Shown piece after piece: positions 27,749 to 35,652 of a stretch of 64,000 nucleotides of DNA; the first letter of the stretch is position 1; the number at the start of each line of letters is the position of its first letter. A model generated the notes under the pieces. It saw nothing but the letters and a program-made list of their open reading frames with translations, was not told where the DNA came from and ran no database searches. Origin of the DNA: Chthoniobacterales bacterium (GTDB lineage Bacteria > Verrucomicrobiota > Verrucomicrobiia > Chthoniobacterales > DASVRZ01); assembly GCA_036524675.1 (NCBI GenBank), contig DATDBU010000108.1, forward strand, positions 4,297-68,296. Direction: 5' to 3'. The translations under genes were made by a program, and so were the position numbers.

Positions 27749-30700
27749 CTAAATTTGCGCGGGTGGCACAAAGCTGACATTTTCCGGGGCAAACCCACGC
27801 CGCATTGTGTTTTCGGTGACGACACGCGCGAGGACAAAATTCCGCAGATAGTCGCGACCGCCGGCTTTCGTGCCGCCGCCGGAGAGGCCGAATCCGCCGA
27901 AGGGGTGGCGCTCGACGATGGCGCCGGTGATGGAGCGGTTGATGTAGAGATTGCCGCAGCGGAGTTCGCGTTTCACACGGTCGATGGTGGCCGGGCTCCG
28001 GGAGAAAACGCCGCCGGTGAGTGCAAAATCCGTGTCGTTTGCCAGGGAAATGGCATGGTCAAGGTCGCGCGCGCGGGTGATCGCGAGCACCGGGCCGAAG
28101 ATTTCCTCGCGGAAAATGGTCGCCGTGGACGGCACGTCCGTGAAAATCGTCGGGGAAATGAAATAACCGTCGTTTTCGGGATCGGCAGTGACTGTTCCAC
28201 CGAAGGCGAGGTGCGCTTCCGTTTTTCCCTGATCGATCATGCGGGAAATTTTCGCGAAAGCATCCGAATCGACGACGGGACCGAGATCGGTTTCCGGGGA
28301 CTCGGACGGGCCCGATTTCAATGCGGCCGCGGCTTCGATCAGTCGGGTCAGCAGTGTGTCGTGGATTGGATTGAGCACGATTAAACGCGACAACGCCGAG
28401 CATTTTTGTCCCTGGAACCCAAAAGCGGAATGCAGAATACCGACGACGGCTTCGTCGAGATCCGCGTCGGAATCGACAATGACGGCGTTTTTGCCGCCCA
28501 TTTCCACAACCGCTTTTTTGAGATGTGTCTGACCGATGGGGGTGCGTCCTGCGCTTTCCCAAATTTGGAGACCGACTTCTTTCGACCCAGTAAACGCGAT
28601 GAAATCGACCTGGGGATGGCTCGTTAAATAGGCGCCAACGACCGCGCCGCGACCGGGCAAAAAAGCTGCCGCGCCGGGTGGAAGTCCCGCGGTGAGAAGG
28701 ATTTGATGGAAACGCGCTGCGATGACGCTGGATTGCTCGGCGGGTTTGATGACGACCGTGTTGCCGGTGACAAGCGCCGCGACGGTCATGCCGCAAAGAA
28801 TGGCGAGCGGGAAATTCCAAGGAGCAACGATGACGCCGACGCCGCGCGGCAAGTGTTCCTCGCGGCTGACTTCGCCGGGGACATCCTGGGTGAGGCGTGG
28901 AAGAACGGTCGAGGGCGCTTCGTGGGCGTAATACCGGCAGAAATCGATCGCCTCGCAGACATCTGCATCGGCTTCCGCCCAGGTTTTGCCGACTTCGAGT
29001 ACCTCCAGAGCGGCGAATTCGAAGCGGCGTTCGGTCATTAAATCGGCAACGTGCCGAAGCCAGTCCGCCCGTTCTTCCACGGGGCACAAGCTCCACGCCG
29101 GAAGGCTCTTGCGTGCCCCGGCGATAGCGAGATCGGCCTGTTCGCCGCTCGCCGCTCCGATGCTTCCGATGACTTCCGTGGGTTTGCCCGGATTCAAGGA
29201 TGGGAAGGAATCGACTGTTGGTTTGTCGATGCCGTCGATCACTGGCAAAAAGGATTCGCCCAAGGTTGCGCGAACTGATTGCAGAGCTTCACGGAACGCT
29301 GCCCGGACAGATTCTTGTGTGAAATCGGCAGGAGGATGATTCTGGAAAGCCGGTGTAGCCGGCGCAGTCGCGGGCGTTTCCTCTTCTTTATCCTCTTCTT
29401 CATATAGAGGAACTTCCGGAGCTGCGAGGAGCGCGCCGCGATCTGCGTCCCTGCTCGAAGCGGCGCGGAGGAAACCTTCATTGGACGTATTCTCCAGCAG
29501 ACGCCGGACGAGATAGCCCATTCCCGGCAGGATTTCGCCGACGGGACAGTATTCGCGGACACGGTGGCCGCGCTGGACAAGCGCCGTGCGCGTCTGGCCA
29601 AACATCCCGTAGAGTCCTTGAAACTCGTATTCATCAGGGTCGACGCCCAGCTTTTCGGCATAGGCGATCGCGTGCGAGATGCTACGGATATTGTGCCCTG
29701 CGAACGCCGGATAAACCACGGCTCGCCGGTCGAGCAAAATGCGGCTCAGGCGTTCGTAATTGGCGTCCGTTGCGGATTTGTTCTCGTAAACCGGCACGGG
29801 CCAGTTTTTTTGAGCGGCGACGATGCGTTCGTAGTCCCAATACGCGCCTTTGACGAGCCGGACGGTGATCCGTTTTCCTTTTGCCTCGGCCCAATCCAGG
29901 AGCTCGACCAAATCGCGCTCCGAATCGGTGAGATACGCCTGGATGACACAACCGAGCTGGGTCTGTAGCGGCGGTCTATGACCGCTGAATGAGGCTGGAT
30001 GGTTGTCGGCTTGCTCCCGGCGGTCATAGACCGCCGCTAGAGATGGGTGTTCCAGTAATTCGCGGAAGAGATTCAGCGTGAGATCCTTCAGCGCGTAACT
30101 CTCCATGTCGAGATTGATAAACGCACCGAGGTCCCGCGCCTTTTCACAAATCGGCAGGAGACGCGTGAGAATGGTCGCGATGGCGGCTTCCGGAGCCGCA
30201 GCTTGCACACGCGCGCAAAGGGCAGAAATCTTTACCGACAGATTCACCAGGGGCGGTTCTGAAGCGGCGAGATTGCCGTGCGGCGTCCAGGATTTTGTTT
30301 CTGCGGAAAGGGATTCTAGGAGCTCGTGGTAACGTGCCGCGTATTCGTCGGCTTCGCGATCGCTCACAACGGCTTCCCCGAGCACGTCCAGCGTGAACCG
30401 CGTGTCTTCTTTCCACAACTGGCGCAACCCCGGCAGCGCCGCTTTTCCGTCGCGTCCTATGATGAACAGATCGGACATGCCTTCGACGTTTTTGCGAACG
30501 ATCCACGCCGGGAGCGCGGGCGCCAGATCGCCGACTTTGAGGCCGAGGGACGTCAGTTTTTGGAATGGTAATCCCGGCTGGACGAGGTATTCGCGGAGAT
30601 GTCCGAGCACCGATTTTGAGTCGCGCAGCGTCGGCAGCACGTCGACGAACCGGAAAAGCTCCGTCTTGAACCGCTCATCGCGCATGGACCAGTCCATCAG

Positions 30701-30814
30701 CCGCTTGTAAACCCACTTGCGCGAAAATGGATTGGTGGTGCCGATTTCGTCCATCGCGGCGAAAAGCCCCGCGCCGATTTTTGCGATGTAAGGCTGAAGT
30801 GAATCCCCGTTCAT
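27749..30814 (-). CDS. putA: Bifunctional proline dehydrogenase / L-glutamate gamma-semialdehyde (P5C) dehydrogenase
   Basis: 1021 aa. N-terminal PRODH TIM barrel ('VRLVKGAYWD') and C-terminal ALDH domain ('FTGS', 'EMGGKNA', 'GQKCSA'). Confidence 0.9.
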   Translation of the reverse strand: MNGDSLQPYIAKIGAGLFAAMDEIGTTNPFSRKWVYKRLMDWSMRDERFKTELFRFVDVLPTLRDSKSVLGHLREYLVQPGLPFQKLTSLGLKVGDLAPALPAWIVRKNVEGMSDLFIIGRDGKAALPGLRQLWKEDTRFTLDVLGEAVVSDREADEYAARYHELLESLSAETKSWTPHGNLAASEPPLVNLSVKISALCARVQAAAPEAAIATILTRLLPICEKARDLGAFINLDMESYALKDLTLNLFRELLEHPSLAAVYDRREQADNHPASFSGHRPPLQTQLGCVIQAYLTDSERDLVELLDWAEAKGKRITVRLVKGAYWDYERIVAAQKNWPVPVYENKSATDANYERLSRILLDRRAVVYPAFAGHNIRSISHAIAYAEKLGVDPDEYEFQGLYGMFGQTRTALVQRGHRVREYCPVGEILPGMGYLVRRLLENTSNEGFLRAASSRDADRGALLAAPEVPLYEEEDKEEETPATAPATPAFQNHPPADFTQESVRAAFREALQSVRATLGESFLPVIDGIDKPTVDSFPSLNPGKPTEVIGSIGAASGEQADLAIAGARKSLPAWSLCPVEERADWLRHVADLMTERRFEFAALEVLEVGKTWAEADADVCEAIDFCRYYAHEAPSTVLPRLTQDVPGEVSREEHLPRGVGVIVAPWNFPLAILCGMTVAALVTGNTVVIKPAEQSSVIAARFHQILLTAGLPPGAAAFLPGRGAVVGAYLTSHPQVDFIAFTGSKEVGLQIWESAGRTPIGQTHLKKAVVEMGGKNAVIVDSDADLDEAVVGILHSAFGFQGQKCSALSRLIVLNPIHDTLLTRLIEAAAALKSGPSESPETDLGPVVDSDAFAKISRMIDQGKTEAHLAFGGTVTADPENDGYFISPTIFTDVPSTATIFREEIFGPVLAITRARDLDHAISLANDTDFALTGGVFSRSPATIDRVKRELRCGNLYINRSITGAIVERHPFGGFGLSGGGTKAGGRDYLRNFVLARVVTENTMRRGFAPENVSFVPPAQI

Positions 30815-31436
30815 TCCTGGCCGGGGATTGTCGCCGCGCCGCTGATAATTTGCAACGCAGGTGCGGCATTGGCGGAATTGAAGGCCCTGACTTCTCCCAA
30901 CGAACGTGTTTGAAATGCCTGGACGACGCAGACAGAGGGGGCTGAGGTACTGTAAGTCGGAAAGCTGCGCCCGTAAGGGGCTCGTGACTCACGCGCCGCG
31001 ACACAACGAAATCACCCTCCCTGAGACGTGGAATTCGCCTCAGGGAACAGGTCCCAACCTTCGTGAAGATCCAGTAGAATCCTCCAGGCCAGTTACTGCC
31101 CGAGGATCATTACTTCTTCTGTAGGATTATCCGCTTCGCTCTGGGCCGTTTTCGTTTCGGGAAGGGAAGCCTCCCGCTTGTCACGCATGGTGTCGGGCGA
31201 ACGGGTGTCGTGTGCGTGGGCCTCCGCTTCGATTTCTTCGTCGAAGACTGTTTCGACGCCTGTCCGTGGGGGATGTTGTTCAGACATTTCAGGCATAACC
31301 GTGGGGGATTGAGGTTTCGGGTAAACGAATTCAGTTGTTCGATCACTCCGGAATAACAACCGCCCGCCTCCGGGCGAAGGCTCCGGAATTCACACGAGAC
31401 CATCGCGCCGCGCGGCGGAAATGCACGCGTTTTTAA

Positions 31437-32936
31437 CTAAACTGCAGCAACTTCGACTTCTTCTATTTCAGTTTTGAGCTTCAATTCAGGAGCCGGTTTC
31501 GGCCTTTCCGGGGACAGTTTGCGATAGAGCTTTGTGTACTCGGCCGCGGCGTTTTTCCATGAAAAGTCCTGATTCATGGCGCGTTGCATCAATTCCTGCC
31601 ACAAGGTTTGATCCACGTACTGAAAGCGGGCGCGTTTGATGGCATCCCAAAATGCGGCTGGCGAATAATTGTAAAAGAGAAAACCCCAGCCCGTATCGTT
31701 GACCGCATCGTAGTCGCGAATGATCTGGCTCAATCCACCGACCGCGTGCGCGATGGGTAGCGTGCCGTATTTCAGGCTGTAAATTGCCGCGAGTCCGCTG
31801 GGTTCGAATCGCGACGGAATGAGGGCGATGTCTGCGCCGGCCTCGATCCAGTGTGATAATTCCTCGTCATATTCGCGCACGTAACCGAAGCGGCCACGGT
31901 GTTTCATCAGGTGCAGCCGGAGCTCGGTTTCGTAGCCGGGATCGCCCTCGCCCAAAATGATGAGGCGTACGTCATCGGCGAGCATGCGATCCAGCACAGG
32001 CAGCAAAATGTCGAATCCCTTTTGCTCGGCAAGTCGGGAGACCATCCCGAAAACCGGTCCTGTGGGATTGGGATCTAATTCAATGCGTTCGAGCAACCGG
32101 TCACGGCACGCACGTTTGCCGGCGAGTGAGTCGGGTGAGAATTTTTCCGGTAAATATTTGTCGTTCGCCGGGTTCCAAACCGTGTAGTCCGCGCCGTCCA
32201 GAATGCCATGGAATTTCCCTGCATTCTCGCGAACGACGTCGTGCAGTCCGCACCCGGCTTCAGGCGTCTGGATTTCGCGGAAATACGGCTCGCTAACTGT
32301 CGTAATCGCGTCGGCGAAGAGGATGCCCCCTTTGAGCAAGTTCAGATTGCCGAAAAACTCCAATCCCCATGCTGAGAAATAGCTGCCTGGGAGATTGGTG
32401 AAACCGAAATCATAACTGTGGAAGCTGCCCTGGTAGGCGAGGTTATGAATCGTGAGCACGGTTTTGAAGGGCACACCCCACTCGCGGACCAGCGCCGGAA
32501 CCAGCGCCGTCTGCCAGTCGTGCACGTGCAAGACATCAGGTGCCGGGTCCATCCTGCGGCTGAGTTCGACGAATGCTTTGGAGAAAAAGATGAAGCGTTC
32601 GGCGTTATCCGCATAGTCGCGTCCATCGACGCCATAAATGCCGCTCCGATCGAAATACTCGTCACGGCGGATCAGGAAAACCTGAGTCCCATTTGGCGCA
32701 ACAGTCTCGAACACGCCGGCTTCCACGGATTTTCCACCGATTTGGACGCGAAACTCCACGCCGGTGTCCCGCAGCCGTATCCGGGGATTTTCGCGGATGG
32801 ACCGGTAAAGCGGGAGGACGACGCTGACATCAACTTTGTTATCACGAAGAGCGGCGGGAAGGGTTTCGAGAACGTCGCCGAGCCCGCCCGTGCGAGCCAA
32901 GGACGACATTTCGCTGGAAGCCATGAGGATTTTCAT
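31437..32936 (-). CDS. glgA: Glycogen synthase (ADP-glucose type)
   Basis: 'MKILMASSEMSSLARTGGLGDV', 'HDWQTALVP', 'SRFEPSGL'. Short C-terminal extension. Confidence 0.9.
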   Translation of the reverse strand: MKILMASSEMSSLARTGGLGDVLETLPAALRDNKVDVSVVLPLYRSIRENPRIRLRDTGVEFRVQIGGKSVEAGVFETVAPNGTQVFLIRRDEYFDRSGIYGVDGRDYADNAERFIFFSKAFVELSRRMDPAPDVLHVHDWQTALVPALVREWGVPFKTVLTIHNLAYQGSFHSYDFGFTNLPGSYFSAWGLEFFGNLNLLKGGILFADAITTVSEPYFREIQTPEAGCGLHDVVRENAGKFHGILDGADYTVWNPANDKYLPEKFSPDSLAGKRACRDRLLERIELDPNPTGPVFGMVSRLAEQKGFDILLPVLDRMLADDVRLIILGEGDPGYETELRLHLMKHRGRFGYVREYDEELSHWIEAGADIALIPSRFEPSGLAAIYSLKYGTLPIAHAVGGLSQIIRDYDAVNDTGWGFLFYNYSPAAFWDAIKRARFQYVDQTLWQELMQRAMNQDFSWKNAAAEYTKLYRKLSPERPKPAPELKLKTEIEEVEVAAV

Positions 32937-33086
32937 AGGGGTTCAAAATTCAACCATGAATCAATGCCAATGGACACGAAAAAGAGAAGTCGAGAAACGG
33001 CGAATCCAGTGAATTCGAAATCGGCAAAATTGGGATGGAAAATCCTTTCTGCACTTTGATAAGGAGCGAAGCTAGTTGGTGTCGCG

Positions 33087-34256
33087 ATGGCGTATGATCA
33101 ATCTATTTCAGGGCGCGCGAAGGCGAGGGCTGGGGGCGGGAAGTTCGGTTCTATACGCGCTTTTTTCCTCCTCTTTCTGATCATTGGCGCGGGTCTCGCG
33201 TATCCGTTCCTGGTTCGGCCCATCCAAAGAATGATGGCCGCCAAAAGCTGGGAAGCTCATCCCTGCACTATCGTCAATAGCAACATCGAGAGTAGCCGTA
33301 GCAGCAATGGCATCACCTATCGGGTGACGATTCGCTACCGCTATACGATCGAGGGACGCAATTTCGAAAGCAGCCAGTATGGCTTTGCGGATGATGTCTG
33401 GTCGAGCGGCTACAAATCCAAACAGGAGATACTTGACCGTTATCCACTTGGAACAAACGCGATTTGTTATGTCAATCCGCGAGACGCCGATGAAGCCGTG
33501 CTGCATCGCGGTTGGGAGAACAATCTGCTGATAGGAATTGTTCCCGCAATTTTCCTGGTCATAGGCGTCGTGGGTTTGGTTTTTTCCGGGAAGAAGAACC
33601 TCGAAAAGTCGTCACCTTTGGCTGCTACACCGGAGACGCAAAATGCCGATGGCTTACTGGTTCTCAAATCCGGGCAACGACGAGGGTTTGCTTTTATTTT
33701 TCTAACCCTTTTCGCATTGGTCTGGAACGGGGTTGTTTGGGGAGTTTGGGGTCTGACGCATACATTCCTATTCGTCATTTTTGCCGGAGTCGGAGTTTTT
33801 GTTGCTGTGCTCGCGATTCGTGAATTCCTCGCTCTTTTCAACCCGCTTCCGGTCCTCGGGGTGAATCGGCAGCAAATCGCGCCCGGCGAAACGTTGCGTG
33901 TCGAGTGGAAGCTTCGCGGCAACATCCAGCGCGTCCGCCGTCTGCGGATCTCCCTCCAGGGCCAGGAACGCGCCACCTATCGGCGCGGAACAAGCACCAG
34001 CACCGACACGCATGTTTTCGCCAATCTGGAAATAGTGACACCTACCGAACGAGAGAACATCGCGTCGGGTAGCGCCACGCTTCTTATTCCGGATGGCACG
34101 ATGCATTCGTTTGCCGCGGGGAATAATGAAATCCGGTGGTCATTGCGGCTCTTGGGGGAGATTCCGAATTGGCCGGATATCAATGATGATTTTCCCCTAA
34201 CGATCCTATCCGTTACTCCTCCCGATCATGAGCAAACTTCTCGTAGGTCTTCATGA
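33087..34256 (+). CDS. DUF3592-domain membrane protein with C-terminal beta-sandwich (arrestin/Spo0M-like) domain
   Basis: N-terminal TM, then 'WEAHPCTIVNS...ITYRVTIRYRYTIEGRNFESSQYGF...CYVNPRDADEAVL' (DUF3592 pattern), more TM helices, then a soluble C-terminal domain. Confidence 0.7.
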   Translation: MAYDQSISGRAKARAGGGKFGSIRAFFLLFLIIGAGLAYPFLVRPIQRMMAAKSWEAHPCTIVNSNIESSRSSNGITYRVTIRYRYTIEGRNFESSQYGFADDVWSSGYKSKQEILDRYPLGTNAICYVNPRDADEAVLHRGWENNLLIGIVPAIFLVIGVVGLVFSGKKNLEKSSPLAATPETQNADGLLVLKSGQRRGFAFIFLTLFALVWNGVVWGVWGLTHTFLFVIFAGVGVFVAVLAIREFLALFNPLPVLGVNRQQIAPGETLRVEWKLRGNIQRVRRLRISLQGQERATYRRGTSTSTDTHVFANLEIVTPTERENIASGSATLLIPDGTMHSFAAGNNEIRWSLRLLGEIPNWPDINDDFPLTILSVTPPDHEQTSRRSS

Positions 34257-34614
34257 GAATCTGAAGACGTTCTCTCCCGGTGACAAGATCCGTGGCGCCG
34301 TTTTGTGGCAACTCGATCGTGCGCCGCGCGACGCGGAGGTGAATCTGCTCTGGTTCACCCGTGGAAAAGGAACTGTCGATTCGAAAATCGTGCAGACGCT
34401 CCAATTTCACGAACTGAATGCCAATGACACAAGGACCTTCGAATGGGGCGCTCCCCGTGAACCGTACAGCTTTTCCGGTGAACTAATCGCACTCATCTGG
34501 GTCGTCGAACTCGTCCTTAACGGAGGCGAACTCAGCGAACGCGCTGAAATCATCATTGCGCCTGGTGGCAGGGAGCTTGTTTTGGGAGATCCTTCGGAGT
34601 CCTTGGAAACATGA
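34228..34614 (+). CDS. Small beta-sandwich protein, paralogous to the C-terminal domain of the upstream gene
   Basis: 'FSPGDKIRGAVLWQL...VNLLWFTRGKG...PYSFSGELIALIWVVEL' parallels 'IAPGETLRVEWKL...LRISLQGQE...MHSFAAGNNEIRWSLRL'. Overlaps the upstream gene by 29 nt. Confidence 0.55.
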   Translation: MSKLLVGLHENLKTFSPGDKIRGAVLWQLDRAPRDAEVNLLWFTRGKGTVDSKIVQTLQFHELNANDTRTFEWGAPREPYSFSGELIALIWVVELVLNGGELSERAEIIIAPGGRELVLGDPSESLET

Positions 34615-35189
34615 ACGCCCGAGAGAATCCGTTTGCATCCAGCTGGGTCGAAGCGATTCCATTCGTTTTCCCGGAGAATGATGGCTGGAATGTCCTGATC
34701 GCGCGGCTTTTCCACCACGGCTGGAGAGCGTCGATCATCGGACCGCATGGGACTGGGAAAACGACATTACTCGAGCAATTGGTTCCGCATCTCGCCGGAC
34801 TGGGATTCAAACCCCGTCTGGTTACGCTTAATACGACGAGTTCACTGGGAGAAAAATTCTGCCTGATCAAAGCCGTTCGCGGACTAGGTTCGCGCGATTT
34901 TCTTCTGCTCGATGGCGCGGAACAACTCCTCCCCGGCCAGTTTTTCTTGCTGGAGGTCATCGGGAGAAAATGCGGTGGACTACTGATAACCCGGCATCGG
35001 CGCGGGCCCTTGCCGGTCGTTTTCGAAACGAACCCGACACCGGCTCTTTTGAGAGGCCTGATAGCGAGGCTCACTGGGAGGATACCAAGCGAAAAGGAGT
35101 CCTCCGCTCTTCTAACCCGTCATCGGTTGAGTATCCGCGACTGTTTTCGAGAACTCTACGATCGGGCCGCGCATGCATCGGAAGATTGA
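34611..35189 (+). CDS. Small P-loop NTPase of unknown function
   Basis: Walker A 'GPHGTGKTT' (nt ~34740-34766) and Walker-B-like 'FLLLDGAEQL'. ATGA overlap with the upstream gene. Confidence 0.6.
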   Translation: MNARENPFASSWVEAIPFVFPENDGWNVLIARLFHHGWRASIIGPHGTGKTTLLEQLVPHLAGLGFKPRLVTLNTTSSLGEKFCLIKAVRGLGSRDFLLLDGAEQLLPGQFFLLEVIGRKCGGLLITRHRRGPLPVVFETNPTPALLRGLIARLTGRIPSEKESSALLTRHRLSIRDCFRELYDRAAHASED

Positions 35190-35245
35190 ACTTTCCTACT
35201 CCGGCACCGGGGCGATAGGTTTCGAAAACCAGTGATCCCTGCGAC

Positions 35246-35614
35246 ATGAAAGTCATCGAAATCGCCTTTACCGTTTACGCTGTGACCGACTTGAAAAGGT
35301 CTCGATTGTTTTATGAGAATGTCCTGGGGTTAACGGCTTCGTCCGAGTTTGGCGACGAAGCCAGCGGATGGGTAGAATATGAGATCGGCCCGCACACGCT
35401 GGCGCTTGGAGCCGGTTCGCCGAAGTTCAAGCCGTCGCCGAATGGCGGTGCCGTTGCGTTTGAGGTGGAGGATTTCGATGTGGCGATCGAAAAACTGAAG
35501 GCCAGCGGCGTGTCTTTCTCTATCGAGCCGACCGAAACACCCGTTTGTCACATTGCCGTCATCGCTGACCCGGACGGCAATTCGATTATCATTCACAAGC
35601 GGAAATCCTCGTAG
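35246..35614 (+). CDS. Glyoxalase/bleomycin-resistance (VOC) family protein
   Basis: 122 aa with 'FYENVLGL' and 'DPDGNSIIIH', typical of VOC proteins. Confidence 0.75.
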   Translation: MKVIEIAFTVYAVTDLKRSRLFYENVLGLTASSEFGDEASGWVEYEIGPHTLALGAGSPKFKPSPNGGAVAFEVEDFDVAIEKLKASGVSFSIEPTETPVCHIAVIADPDGNSIIIHKRKSS

Positions 35615-35652
35615 GAGTTTCCTTTCGCCAATGAGCCTGAATTAATCCAGGC

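Noticed and set aside
28059-29096. 345-aa Arg-rich ORF on the minus strand
   Set aside because: It is an alternative frame of putA with extreme Arg/Ser/Pro content. The putA frame has full-length homology.
31093-31359. 88-aa acidic ORF between glgA and putA
   Set aside because: It is low-complexity and disordered-looking (Glu/Thr/Pro-rich), has no visible RBS and no recognisable family. It may simply be the putA promoter region.
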